A stretch of 64,000 nt of DNA. Source: Octopus vulgaris. Lineage: Eukaryota. The translations under genes were made by a program, and so were the position numbers. Numbering within the stretch: position 1 is the first letter of the stretch; each line of letters begins with the position of its first letter. The stretch spans positions 40,114,001-40,178,000 of the forward strand of contig OX597838.1 of assembly GCA_951406725.2 (NCBI GenBank), in the 5' to 3' direction. Under the pieces are notes generated by a model that worked only from the letters and a program-made list of their open reading frames with translations, was not told where the DNA came from and ran no database searches. Below are positions 22,848 through 37,012 of this stretch, piece after piece.

Positions 22848-25742
22848 TATCCGGGTGTGGGTGGTTTGTCCGGGACTGTTTGAAGGAATTTGTCCAAAGA
22901 CTTCTTGAATTTTGTGTGGTCAGTTTCTGTTTTGATGTGTCCTGGTGTAATGTTGAAGAGAGCGGGTCCAATTGAGGTGAAATAATTGTGCTGTATTGTT
23001 GTTATGAGATGCGATTTAGATTTTTGTTGTGGATGGATGGCACAGAATCCAAGCCTTGGATGTATTTTGAAGGTGATGCCAACATAATTCGGACAGTGCT
23101 GATGGAATATTTTCCACATCATACAGATAATGTAGCATTCACGGCATCGTTGGAGTGAATACAGTTTCAGCTTTTCCAGTCGACCCCAGTAGTCGAGGTC
23201 TGAAATGCCATCCATCTTTTTCGTGATTGACATTTGGGGAGCTTCAACTTTCATAATATTCTGTTTCGTGTAGGGAGACCACAGTGGACAGCAGTATTCA
23301 AGGTGGGGGTCAGGCAAAAGTGGAGACGAGAAGGATAATGATGTGGGAATCTCTCGACTGGAAGGTTCTGAGAATCCAGGAACACATTCTGCGGGCCATG
23401 TCAACTTTGCTGCTTATATGTGTAGCCCAGCTTATGTTGTTGTCCACTGTTACTCCCAAGTCTCTGATGTTGTTAGACGCCATGAGAATTTTACCAGAAG
23501 GAAGGGAGTATGGGAGTTTCAGAGCGTCCTCCCTTCCAAAGTGGATCAGTTCAAATTTGTCTTTGTTTAGCAACATGTTCTTTTCCGCCCATTGGACAAC
23601 AGCCAGTAGGTCTGACTGAAGGTTTATCTAGTCATCCATGTCATTGATGACCTTCTGGAGCTTGGAATCATCAGAGAAGATTCTGATGTTATTGTGTTTG
23701 ATGATGTCAGTAATATCATTAATGTAGATGATGAAGAGAAGTGGGCCCAACACAGTGCCTTGTGGGACACCACTACTGACTTTGGCTGGGCTGGATTTGA
23801 CTCCTTCAACTACAACATGTTGGGTTCTGTTTGACAGGAAGCACTTGATCCACTGCAGCAGATTTCCAGTGACACCAATATTGGACAGCTTTCTCAAAAG
23901 AATTTTATGATCAACCCTGTCAAAGGCCTTGCTGAAATCAAGGTAGATAACATCAGTGTTGGAACCCTCTCCCAAGGCTTTCAAAATGTCATCAAAATGA
24001 TGCAGTAGCTGCGTCAGGCAATCTCTTCCATTACAGAATCCATGCTGGTTGGAGTTCAGCATCTTATGACTCTCAAGGAAGTGAGTCATTCGCAATCTCA
24101 CCATTCTCACAAATACCTTAATGATATGAGAGGTGAGTGAGATTGGACGGTAATTCATGGCAAGGGATTTGTTTCCTTTTTTGAAAACTGGGACTACAGA
24201 CTGGGATAGAAGGTTTTCTGGTATATATCCAGCATCCAGTGAGTTCTGCCACAGATTGGCTAGAGGGGGTGCAAGTTGGTGTTGACACATCTTCAAGACA
24301 CAAGCAGGGAACCTATCGGGACCTACTGCTGAATTATGCTTGATTTCCTTTATTGCTGCTAAGACATCAGGGGCACCAAAGGTTATGTCCAATAAAGTGT
24401 ATTGGGGAGTAACATCACTGATACAGCCCAGATCAGCCATATCAGGATTGCTGAAAACAGAGCAGTATTGTTTCTGCAGCATCTCTCCCATAGTTTTGGC
24501 ATTGTCTTGAAGAGTACCATTTTCATCAATCAGAGGGCCAACAGTAGAGCCAGTGACTTTGTGTTTTTTTTTTGCAAATGAAAAGAACACTTTGGGATTG
24601 AGTTTGATCTTCTCAATGGCCCAGGCCTCTTCGGCTCTTCTCTGACTATTGATGATAGACATCATGTTGTTTTGGAGTTTATGTTTTTTAATCTCTAGTG
24701 ACGTGATGGCAATCAGGTTGGTGTGTTGCTGTTGACAGTATTTCAGCTTGTTGATTTTTTTGTTAATTCTTTTAATTTTCCTGTTGAGAGTTTTTCTATT
24801 TCTAGGGATTCTGCACTTAGATTTGTTTGCAGATCTTAATGGGGTGTGTTTTGCACATATGTTTGTAATGGTATCTACAAATGACTGCCAGGACTTTTTG
24901 ATGTTAGTGGGTGTGTATGTGTGCGTGAAGGACCAATCGACTTGTGCAAGATCATTACTGATCGCTTCCCAGTTTGCGTTGTGGAAATTCATAGTGTCAA
25001 ATGGATGGACAGGAGGGATAATGTTTGTTTTGCATTTTGGCTGGTGAAATCTCAGATCACAGAGAACCATGTCATGATCAGAGAGTAGAGTTTTCTCCCC
25101 TGCAATATTGTGGATAGTATCAGTGTAATTGCTGAAAAATAAGTCTAGGACATTTTTGTGACATCTTGTTGGTTCGAGCACCAGTTGGGACAAGAAGAAA
25201 TCATCCATGAAGCCAAGAAGCGATTCCACTGCCTCCCTGTCAGGGGATGAGACAGAAGAACCTGGCGGTAGACTGTTTGTAGACCAGTCAACCCCAAGGA
25301 GATTGAAGTCCCCCATCATTAAGATGTTGTCAGGTTGATACTGCTGAATGGTCTGTAGAGCCCAACTACTGTTAAGTTGTTGGTTTGACTGAATAGAGCG
25401 ACTGCTTTGCAGTATCCATTGGAAAATATGCTCATAGCCTCTGTTGAGAATGAATCAATAACATAAATGGCAGTCCCACCCTTTCTTCTGCCAGCACAAT
25501 CAGCACAAATTTTTAACTTTTACCTCGGCTTCCAAGTGGAGGTTACTAAGATGGGTTTCCGTGAGGACGAAGAAAGGGATGTGGTTTGGATGGGCATCAA
25601 CCCAGTCCTCCAGGAATTTTATCTTCCATTTTTGAGTATTGGTGGAAGGGCTGATGCCTTGGGCATTAAGCAAAAATGTTGAGGCGAGAGTGGATGGTTT
25701 TAATTGTTTTGGTGTTTTGTTTATTTGTTTGCTTTTTAATAG
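22848..25742 (-). mobile_element. CR1-group LINE, second family, ORF2 (APE plus RT) largely intact
   Basis: 563-aa ORF 23628-25319 has MGDFN, LDLFFSN, SDHDMV, NYRPISLTS, YLDFSKAFDRVDH, SGVPQGTVLGPLLF and FSDDSK. The APE N-terminus FLLNAQG...LTETHL is at ~25500-25680. Confidence 0.9.
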
Positions 25743-25764
25743 CATATATATATATATATGTGTG

Positions 25765-26347
25765 TGGTGAAGCACGACCTTCGAATTTTAGGTCTCACCG
25801 AGGAAATGACAAGAGACTGAGAACTTTGGAAGTATGCTGTGCGTGAGAAGACCCGGCAGGACAAGTGAGACCATAACCCGTGGCCTCTACCTAGGATGTA
25901 GCCAGTCCACTTATGCATACCTTTCCTTCTTGGGACACAAAACTCTACTTGTGAAGACCTGTTGAGGCAAGTGAGAATCAAAATCAAAATCGAAATCGAT
26001 CAACATCAATGGAAATTGTAGCTGTGATACCAGCACCGGTGGCACGTAAGAGAACCATCCGAACGTGGACATTGCCAGCGCCGCCCCGACTGGCCTCCGT
26101 GCCGGTGGCACGTAAAAAGCACCATCCGATCGTGACCGTTTGCCAGCCTCGTCTGGCACCTGTGCCAGTGACATGTAAAAAGCACCCACTACACTCATGG
26201 AGTGGTTGGCATTAGGAAGGGCATCCAGCCGTAGAAACATTGCCAGATCAGACTGGGCCTGGTGCAGCCTTCTGGCTTCCCAGACCCCAGTTGAACCATC
26301 CAACCCATGCTAGCATGGAAAGCAGATGCTAAACAATGATGATGATG

Positions 26348-26348
<1 letters not shown>
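25765..26348 (+). mobile_element. RTE LINE 3' end with (GAT)n tail
   Basis: Last codons VKHDLRILGLTEEMT..WKYAVREKTR, then the 3' UTR with internal repeats and a gatgatgat tail. Confidence 0.85.
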
Positions 26349-26543
<195 letters not shown>

Positions 26544-26552
26544 TTAAATATA

Positions 26553-28702
26553 TGGAGAAATGGGTGGATAAGGTCATAGAGGTTGTCAGGGTATGAGAGT
26601 ATGTGATAGGTTGCTTATGCTCAGGCTAGTCCTACAGAACTGTACACTTACAATTATCTCTGCCTACGCCCCACATGTGGGGCTACCAAATGATCAGAAG
26701 GACCACTTTTATGATACCCTTCTGCAGGCTACCTCAAAGTTGAGTGGTAACGACCTCATCTTTGTCGCTGGAGACTTTAATGGGCATGTTGGGCAGGAAT
26801 CTGGTATCTTCACTGGGGTACACGGTGGCCATGGTATTGGCACCTGAAATGATAAGGGGACTATGCTACTGGAATTCTGTGATGCATGTAATCTTTTAAT
26901 CTGCAACACTAACTTCAGGAAGCAAGACAGCCACCTTATAACCTTTCAATCAGGAGACTCTGCTAGCCAGATTGATTTCGTCCTCACCAGACAACGGGAC
27001 GCAGGGTTACTCTTAAATACAAAGACCCTCCCAGGTGAAGAATGTACTCCCCAGCATAGGCTAGTCATCAGTGACTTTAGGCTCGAGGCCAGAAGGAGAC
27101 CTAGAAGCAGACCAATCCAGAAAACATGGATTTGGAAGCTAAAGAACCCTTCACACGGTCAGAGATTTAGGGACATCCTCATCAAGAAATTTGATGAGAG
27201 AGAGGAGGAGTTACAGACGTCGGACATATAAGGTAGCTGGAAATTCCTGCGGGACAGCTTGCTGAGTGCCACAGACCAAGTCTGTGGATGGTGCAAAGTC
27301 CCTTCCAGACCCAGACTTACGTGGTGGTGGAATAGAACGGTAGACAAAGCCGTTAGGACAAAGAAACAGGCCTGGAAAGCCTGGAAGGATGGTGGTAGTA
27401 GGGAACGGCACCAGGTAGCCAGAAGGGAGGCTGGGCAGCAGGTATACATAGCCAAGAGTGAAGCAGAAAAGAAGAAGTTTGCCAATGTCCAGAGACATGA
27501 GAACCAAAGAACTGAGGTATTTCAGATTGCAAGACAGTTTGTGAGAGAAAATTGTGATGTCACAAGAGAGAAATGTGTTTGAATGGATGATGGTGCACTT
27601 GCTTTTAATGATTCTGAAAAGAAAGAGGCTTGGAGAAGCCATTATGAAAGACTGCTGAATGAGGAGAATGAATGGGAGGAGGAGAGCCTGCCAAATGTTG
27701 ACCCAGTAGAGGGACCAGCTATCCCAATAGAAAGCTCCCTAGTAGTTAAGGCAATTAAGGGTATGAAGCCAGGAAAAGCCCCTAGCCCATCTGGAATCAC
27801 TGCTGAGATGCTTAAAACAGCTGGTTGTGTGGGCTATGGCCTAGTCACCCGCATTGTAAACCAGGTAGTACATAACGGAGTCATACCCAATGATTGGCGT
27901 AGCAGCACCATAATCAACTGCTACAAGGGTAAAGGTGATGCTCTAGATAGGAATAACTACAGGGATATTAAACTGTTGGACCAGGTGATGAAGGTCACAG
28001 AGAGGGTCATAGTCCATCTCATTAGGGAGAGAGTCTGCTTAGATGAGATGCAGTTTGGTTTTGTTCCAGGTAGAAGCACCACCGATGCCATATTCTTGGT
28101 TTGACAACTGCAGGAGAAATACCTAGCCAAAGATAAACCTCTCTACTTAGCTTTTGTGGACTTGGAGAAAGCCTGACAGGGTCCCCCGATCCCTTATCTG
28201 GTGGGCAATGTGGAAACTGGAGATTGATGAATGGTTGATAAGGGCTGTACAGGCCCTATACAGAGAGGCTGTTAGTAAGGTTAGGATTGGCAACGAGTAT
28301 AGTGAAGAATTCCGGGTAGAAGTAGGGGTCCACCAAGGTTCAGCCCTTAGTCCCCTTCTATTCATCATAGTCCTCCAGGCAATAACAGAAGCTCCTCTAT
28401 GCTGATGACCTGGCCCTCATAGCAGAATCACTACCAGAACTAGAAAAGAAATTTCGGGTGTGGAAGCTAGGTTTAGAATCAAAGAGCCTTAGAGTAAATG
28501 TAGCAAAGACCAAAGTTATAGTAAGCAGAAAGGCAAACTCATCGCACACACCCTCAGGCAGGTGGCCCAGCTCGATCTGTAGAAAAGGTGGAGGTAGAAA
28601 CTCCATAAGATGTACCCAGTGTAAGCTATGGACACAAGAGGTGCAGCAACATCAAAGGAAAATTAACCGAGAAGATAGCTTTCATGTGCGGCAGATGCAC
28701 AA
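26553..28702 (+). mobile_element. RTE LINE (APE plus RT), decayed, cut at ~28702 by a CR1 element
   Basis: Motifs ISAYAP, AGDFNGHVG, SQIDFVL, QHRLVISDF, WWWN, YKGKGDALDRNNYR, QFGFVPGRSTTDAIF, GVHQGSALSPLLF and LYADDL. Confidence 0.9.
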
Positions 28703-31700
28703 AGAAGGAACCTTGCCCACCACTATGCAAGACCACCACAGTCAACAGACACGGGATGGCCTCCCCTAACACCTGCACAATCGTCACCCCAACACTTTTA
28801 CTAAATATTGGGGGCCTGCTGCATCAAAATAAAAACAAAATTTCTTTCCTGAGAGATCTTACTGCATGCAATCAAGCCCTATGCATAGCACTCGTGGAAA
28901 CTCACCTCAGCCCTGATATAGAGGATGCAGAAGTACATGTACCAAACGATGCCATACTGCAAACAGACAGAAGGGAAAGGAGCCATGGTGGAGTAGCTGT
29001 ATACATCCGAGATGACCTCACACCCCAGGTCTTACTGTTATGCTTAAATTCGGTATGTGACACTCTAATTGTATACATAAGACAACATAATATAGTCATA
29101 TGCAATACATATTGCCCACCAGATGCCCCAAACCACAAAGGCAAGTTTGAAGATTGCCTCACAAGAATTAAAGAAATCCTCATGAATCTGGAACACCACG
29201 TGACCATATTTCTTATGAGTGATTTCAACTTCCCCAACATCAAATGGCCCAAAGGTCTCATACTCTCAGGAATGGCTCATTGCAAGCAAGCACAGGTGGA
29301 GTCCCAGCTCAACCTCACCAAGGAGTAAGCTGTACTCAGACCAACTAGGGAGAATAACATTCTGGATCTCTGCTTCACGAACAATATGGACATCATTCAT
29401 GATGTGAAAGTGACACTGACATTAGTCTCGGATCACAACATAATAGAGCTGTCTATGTTTGGGCCGAAAGTAACCAGAGACATACATCCTAAAGGAAGCA
29501 CCCAAAATCTCTCCAATCTGAACTTCCACAAAGCAGATTGGAAATCGATCCAAAAAGAGATCCTCAGACAGGACTGGCCAAAATGTCTCTCCACACTAGA
29601 CATTGACATGAAACTAGAATGTTTCATGTCTTCTGTGCAAGCCATGTGCCAGAAATATGTCCCAGAGCACAAGGCCAAAACAAATAGGAGCAAGACTCCA
29701 AGAGAGAGGAAGATCCTCATGAGACGACGGACAAAGGTTGCAAATCGACTCAACCAACATCCCAAAAGTAGTGAAACGTCCCGCCTAAAAACAACACTGA
29801 TGGATATCGAAAAAAGGTTGCAACAATCCTATGTGAGGGAGAAAGCAGACAAAGAAGCCTGGGTTATAAAAAACATTAAGTCAAACCCAAAGGCCTTCTT
29901 TCATTACGCGAAAGAAACTGCCTCAGTACACTGCAAGATAGGACCCCTCCTCCAAAAGGATGACTCCCTCACAGACAGTCCAACTAAGATCAGTGAGATA
30001 CTGAATGACCAGTTCAAAAGTGTCTTTACCACCCTGTTGGAAAACAGACAAGTGAATGAACCAGTGGACTTCTTTGCCATCTCACCTATAACCAGCGAGG
30101 CAGTTACAATGGAATACATTGACATTAGCGAAGAAGATATACTACTAGCCAATCCTCCTCAAAGTGTTTAAGCATGCCCTGGCAAAACCCCTCAAGATTC
30201 TCTTCCAGAGCTTTCTTACAAATGGCAAACTGCCAAGCAAGCTGAAGGAGGGAATAATATGCCCAATACATAAAGGGGAGAGTAGAGCAGAAGCCAAAAA
30301 CTATAGGCCTATCTCTCTGACTTCACACATCAGCAAAGTCATGGAACGGATAGTCAGAGGGAAACTAATCACATTCCTTGAGGAAAATAACTTGCTGAGT
30401 GACACCCAGCATGGTTTTCGATCAGGTAGGAGCTGCTTGACCTAGATATTACAACATTATGACTGGGTGTTGAGGCAGTTGCTCAACAAATCAAATGTGG
30501 ACGTAATATACCTTGATTTTACAAAAGCTTTTCTCAAGGTGGATCATGGTATGATATGCCACAAACTGCGTGACCTCGGCATAGCTGGAAAACTTGGAGT
30601 GTGGTTAGGAGTCAGGCAGTAGTGGTTAATGGAGCCACCTCTATGAACACACAAATAGTGAGCGGTGTTCCGCGGGGCACTGTCTTGGGACCACTGCTTT
30701 TTATAGTGGCCCTCTCAGATATGCCCTCAAATGTCCGGATAGCCAACCTCTGGCAAGCTATGCAGATGATACGAAAGTCTCGCAGAAAATACAGAACCCC
30801 CGCGATGTTGCACACCTGCAGCAGGAGTTGGACTCAATTTACAGATGGGCTGAGGATAATAATGTGCAGTTTAATGCTGAAAAATTCCAGGCCCTGTGAT
30901 ACCAGCATCCAAAACTGAATACTAAACTTACAGAGTCCACCAGTCCACAGGGAATTGCAATCCCAGAGCCTAAGTCAGTGAGAGACCTGGGTATCGACAT
31001 GAGTGAAGATACCTCTTTCCAAGTGCACATTACCAGGATGGTGACAAAGTGCAGACGACTGGCTGGATGGATCCTAAGAACATTCAGAACCAGGGATAAG
31101 GAAACCATGATGGTCCTCTGGCGGACATTCGTCCTCAGCTGCCTGGATTACTGCTCACAGCTATGGTCAACCACCAGTGTGAAATTAACAGTGGACCTTG
31201 AAGCAATCCAGAGAAGATTCACAAAGAAGATCGTCTCTTTGCAACAGCTCAGCTACTGGGAAAGGTTGAAACAGCTAAGACTCTACTCCTTGGAGAAAAG
31301 ACGGGAGAGGTATGCAGTAATATATATCTGGAAGATCCTGGAAGGAATTGTGCCAAATTTTGGCATTGAAAGCTACACCAATGCTAGAACTGGACGACAC
31401 TGCATAGTGCCAAAGATCCCAGCAATGCCATCACGCTTCAGGACCAGTTACTGCAACAGCCTGGGTTTCAAGGGCCCACAGCTTTTTAATATTCTTCCAA
31501 AGAGTCTGTGTAGATATAGGGGTTTTTAAATCAAAGGTGTACCTCTTCATGACGAGTGTCCCAGATGAACCTACCTCACGGCAAGAGGTGCAAATGAGGG
31601 TAGCTATATCAAACTCCATTCTTCACCAAGTGCCACGTATTAGAGGAGGCTCTTAATAAGAGTGTAGCACAAAACGGCGGTGCATCAGCATGGCCACAGC

Positions 31701-31722
31701 TCTGAGCTGAAACTAAGAGAAA
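28703..31722 (+). mobile_element. CR1-group LINE (APE, RT and 3' tail), same family as 8305 and 10403
   Basis: Motifs LLLNIGGL, VETHL, SHGGVAVYIR, SDHNII, NYRPISLTS, GTVLGPLLF and DYCSQLW. Tail ggcggtgcatcagcatggccacagctctgagctgaaac. Confidence 0.9.
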
Positions 31723-31816
31723 AAAAATATATATATATATGCACATATATATATATATATATATATGCGCATAGATGTATATATGCATACATATATATAT
31801 ATATATATATATATGC

Positions 31817-31847
<31 letters not shown>

Positions 31848-31904
31848 AAAAAACATATATATATATATATATATATGCATATATATATATATATATATAT
31901 AGCA

Positions 31905-32262
31905 GGGTGCAAAGAGCACCATACAAGCGTAATCATTGACAGAGTGGCTAACCGGCTTCCATGCCAGTGACACACAAAGGGCACCATTCGAGCGTTGCCT
32001 TACTGGCACATGTGCTGGGGGCATGTGTAAAAGGATTCAAGCGAGGTCGTTGCCAGTACCGCCTGACTGGCCCCCGTGCCGGTGGCACGTAAAAGCACCC
32101 ACTACACTCTCGGAGTGGTTGGCGTTAGGAAGGGCATCCAGCTGTAGAAACTCTACCAAATCAAGATTGGAGCCTGGTGCAGCCATCTGGTTCGCCAGCC
32201 CTCAGTCAAAATCGTCCAACCCATGCTAGCATGGAAAGCAGATGTTAAACGATGACGATGAT
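31905..32262 (+). mobile_element. RTE-family 3' UTR fragment
   Basis: Same terminal sequence ccaacccatgctagcatggaaagc...gatgacgatgat. Confidence 0.8.
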
Positions 32263-32332
32263 GTATGTATATATATACACACATATATATTCACGTACAT
32301 ATGTATATATATTCATATGCATATGTATATGC

Positions 32333-32363
<31 letters not shown>

Positions 32364-32564
32364 TACATACATATATATTCACATATATACGTATATATAC
32401 ATATATATTCACATATATACGTATATATACATATATATATATGTATAAATATATTCATATATACACATATATATTCATATATATATGTATATATACATTC
32501 ATATATACACATATATATATTCATATGTATATGTATACATATATACACATACATGTATATGTGC

Positions 32565-34846
32565 CATCATCCTCATTTAACATGTTTTTCATGATGCCAT
32601 GGATTGGATGGTTTGACTGAGGTCTGGAGAGCCAGGCTCCAAAGTGATCTGGCAATGGTTCTACAGCTGGATGCCCTCCCTAACACCGATCACTCCCAGA
32701 GTGCCAGTCAGGCAGGCCTGGCATCCATCACATTTGGATAGTGCCTTTACATGCCCCCGGCACAGGGACCAGTCAGGCAGGCCTGGCATCCATCACATTT
32801 GGATAGTGCCTTTACATGCCCCCGGCACAGGGACCAGTCAGGCAGTCCTGGCATCAAACACATTCAGATAGTGCTTTTTACGTTCCACCGGTATAGTAGC
32901 CAGTCAGGCAGACCTGGTATCAGTCATGTTTGGATGGTGCTTTTTATGTGCCACCAGCACGGGTGTCAATCAGGGGGCACTGGCACTGACCACGTTTGGA
33001 TGATGCATTTTACGTGCCACCAGAATGGGAGCCAGTCAGGGAGCATTAGCCACAGCTACAATCTTCGTTTTACTTTACAGGTGTTCTCAAGCATATATCT
33101 CTTGATGCATCAAGGGCACTCTTAAATGGGTTCAAACCTGCAACACTGGCATCAAGCATGGCTGCAAATCTCACTTTAGTTGCCGGGTCTTCTCAAGTCA
33201 CAGCATATCTCCAAAGGCCTTGGTCATTGCCTCTGTGAGGCCCAATGTTCAATGGTCATGCTTCACCACCTCACATGTCTTCCTGGGTCTACCTCTTCTA
33301 CAGGTTCCTTCCACAGTTAGGGAGTGGCACTTCCCTATACAGAAGTCCTCAACCGTATGTAACACATGACCATACCAGCGCAGTCATCTCTCTTGCTCAC
33401 CACATTTGATGCTTCTTATGCCCAACATTTTTCTCAAGGTGCTTATACTCTGTTGCGTATGCACACTGACATTACACAACCAGCAGATCATAATAGCTTC
33501 ATTTCTTTGAAGCCCATGCATGTCCTCAGCAGTCATGGCCTGTTTCACTGCTGTGTAGCATGGCAGATCGCACACATGCATCATACAGTCTACCTTTCAT
33601 CCTGAGTGAGAGACCTTTAGTAGCCAGCAGAGGTAGGAGCTCCCTGAACTTTGCCCAGGCTATTCTTATTCTAGCCGCAACACTCAGAGCAACCAACTTG
33701 GTCGCCTAGGTAGTGGAAGCTGTTAACTACTACAAGTTTTACCACCCTGGCACGTGATGGAATTTGTTTTCTGTACATCTTCAGTGTTTATGGCCCCTGT
33801 GCATCTGCCACACACAAAAACTATCTTCCCAGTTAACCTTCCTTTGATATTGCTGCACCTTTTCTGTGTCCATAGCTTATACCAGGTACATCATATGGAG
33901 TTTCCACTCACACCTTTTCTACAGATCAAGCAGGGCCATCTACCTGAAAGGGTTTGTGATTTGTCAGCCTTCCTACTTACTAAGGTTTGGTTTTTGCTAG
34001 GTTAACCCTAAGGTGTGATTCTAGACCTTGCTTCAATGCCCTAAACTTCATCTCTAGTTCTTGCAGTGACTCGGCTATTAGAGCAAGGTCATCCGCATAG
34101 AGGAGCTCCCAGGAGCAGCCTGTCTAAAGTTTCTGTTATTGAATTTCTCCTGCAACTGCCTACCAGAAATACAGCATCAATGGTGCTTCTGCCTGGCACA
34201 AAACCAAACTGCATCTCACCTCGGTTAACTCTCTCCCTAATTAGTTGGGCTATGACCCTCTCCGTGACCTTCACCAACTGATCCAATAATTTGATAGCCC
34301 TGTAGTTACTTCTATCTAAAATATCATCTTTACTGTTGTAGCAGTTGACTATGGTGCCAGTCATTGGGTATGGCTCCTTCATGAACTACCTGATTTACAA
34401 TGCGGGTGACAAGACCATAACCTACACTGCCCGATATTTTAATCATCTCAGCAGTGATTCCTGATGGGCCAGGTGCTTTCCCCGTCTTCATATCCTTAAT
34501 TGCTTTATCTATCTGGGTACTGTCGATTCAGATAGCTGGTCCCTCCAATGGGTCAAACTTTGGCAGACTCTCCTTCCATTCATTCTCCACATTCAGCAGT
34601 CTTTTATAATGGCTTCTCTGAGCCTCTATTTGTGCAGAATTATTAAATGCAAGGGCACCATCATCCATGCAAACATTTCTCTCCTATGACATCATGGTTT
34701 TCTCTCACACACTGTCCTGCAATCTGAAATACTTCAGTTCTTTGGTCCTCATGTCACTGAACATTGGCAAACTTCTTTTCTGCCACTCCCTTGGCTATAT
34801 ATACCTGTCTCCTAGCTTCTCTTTTGGCTATCTGGCCATGGTGGAC
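32565..34846 (-). mobile_element. RTE LINE, decayed (RT to 3' UTR with ~63-bp internal repeats)
   Basis: Minus-strand SNYRAIKLLDQ, MQFGFVPGRSTIDAVF and LYADDL; 3' UTR repeats at ~32700-33050. Confidence 0.85.
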
Positions 34847-35228
34847 CGTTAGCTCCTACACGCATTTTTTTTCTCTCCTTGTTTCTTTTCTGTGTATCTT
34901 TCTGTCAAAGAGCGTAGGCTCGAAACGTAAAAGACTTGTTCTATTTCTATTCCTGAGTGCCATACTAATACATTTGTTTGTTTGTACTCCACCTGCCTTC
35001 GTCTTTTGTTTATTTTCGTAAACCTTCCCGTTATATATATACACATATATCACTGAATCCACAAGTTTGTTTTATTCTCTCTATTTAATTTCTCTTGTTC
35101 CTTTCTGATGAAGAGTGTAGGCTCGAAACGTAGAAGACTTTCTCACTTTTCCGAGTGTCAAGCTATTACACTTCCTTGTTTTTCATACACCTGTCTTCGT
35201 TTTTTTTGTTTTTCTGTAAATTTCAACT
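34847..35228 (+). mobile_element. Two tandem Penelope-like pLTR fragments, each with a minimal hammerhead-like motif
   Basis: ctttctg(tca/atg)aagag(c/t)gtaggctcgaaacgta(a/g)aagact occurs at ~34897 and ~35101, each followed by a similar T-rich tail (cacctg.cttcgt...tttt.tgtaaa). Confidence 0.55.
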
Positions 35229-36206
35229 ATATATGTGTGTGTGCATATATATACATATATATGTGTGTGTGTATGTATGTGTGTGTGTATGTATGTGTGT
35301 GTGTATGTATGTGTGTGTGTGTGTGTGCATGTGTGTGTGTGTATATATATATATATATACACTATATTTCTGTTGAACCACATTACCTTTGTTACAATTA
35401 ATTTTGAAAATAATGAAGAATCTAGTAAAACAACTCATTATTAAACAGGAGTTTGGAATATAAATTAACCTGAAATTTTAATGGAAGATTAAACAGAATT
35501 TGTATCAGAGAACCCTACACAATAACATTGTAAAAATAAACAATAAAATCATCAAATTCTCAATGCACAATTAATTGACAACAATGTGAATAAATAAGCA
35601 TAATTTTTTACAGATTAATGGGACATACCTACAAAAAAGCTATTTGGTGTTAGTGTTTTAAATACTTATTGGCTAAAGTGAGTTTTCTCAGCAGCAGGCC
35701 ACTGTAAAAATTGCAATGTTGTAAGTCAAATATGTCTAAAACTTATTTGAACTGATTTCAGGGTTTGTTTAATCCTCAACACTGCTCTCACATGCCTACT
35801 ACATACAAACACACACACACATCTTTGCTCTGATCCTTGTTAATTGTGAGTATACTCTGGCACTTAACCATCTCTCTCTCTTTCCTTTGCTCTTCCCTTT
35901 GGCTGGGTGGCCACATATCTCCTCAACAGCCGCACATCTCCTCAACAGCCGCACATTATGCCTTCATTCTCGGTCATTCTGTCTCTCTCACTGGGTAACC
36001 ATGTACCTCCTCTATAGCAAGACACCTATTTCTGCCTCCTTATTTGTCTGTCACACTCTAACCTTTCATCATCTGACACTGCATCACCTCCTCCAATGCA
36101 CCCTTCATTATAGCAAGGCACCTGTTTCTTTGTCACCTTCTACCCTTTCATCCTTAGATAAGAGATCCCCTTTTCAAATGCCCTTGCCCCTCTCATAATT
36201 CCGAGA

Positions 36207-37012
36207 ATGGATGAGGATAGCTGTGTGAGAAAGTCCCACACCCTAGCGGTTGAGGGAACCTGTGGAAGGGGTAGACCCAGGAAGACCTGGGATAAAGTGG
36301 TGAAGCACGACCTTTCAACTTTAGGCCTCACCAAGGAAATGACTAGTGACCAAGACTTTTGGAAATATGCTGTGCTTCAGAAGACCCGGCAAGCCAAATG
36401 AAACCATAACCTCGTGGCCTGTGCCAGGGGCGTAACCAGCCCACTTGTGCGTACCTTTTCCTTCTTTGGATACTAAAACTCTGCTTGCGAAGACCTGTTG
36501 AGGCAAGTGAAATCAAAATCAAAATCAAAGTGAAATTTGATGACGGGCACGAACACCATACAAGCATGATTGTTGACAGAGCGGCTAGCCGGCTTCCGTG
36601 CCAGTGACACACAAAAAGCACCATTTGAGTGTGATCGTTGCCAGCCTTGCATTACTGGTGCTTGTGCCCCAGAGCGGCTAACTGGCTTCCGTGCCGTTGG
36701 CATGTAGGAGGCACCATTTGAGCGGGATCGTTACCAGCATCACTTTACTGGCACCTGTGCCGTTGGCATGTGTAAAAAAAAAAAAATTCAAGTGAGGTCG
36801 TTGCCAGTACCGCCTGACTGGCCCCCGTGCTGGTGGCACATAAAAAGCACCCACTACACTCTTGGAGTGGTTGGCACTAGGAAGGGCATCCAGCTGTAGA
36901 AACTCTGCCAGATCAAGACTGGAGCCTGGTGCAGCCATCTGGTTCGCTAGCCCACAGTCAAACCGTCCAACCCATGCTAGCATGGAAAGCGGACGTTAAA
37001 CGATGATGATGA
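36207..37012 (+). mobile_element. RTE LINE 3' end with (GAT)n tail
   Basis: MDEDSCVRK...GRGRPRKTW...WKYAV, then the 3' UTR with internal repeats and aaacgatgatgatga. Confidence 0.85.
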
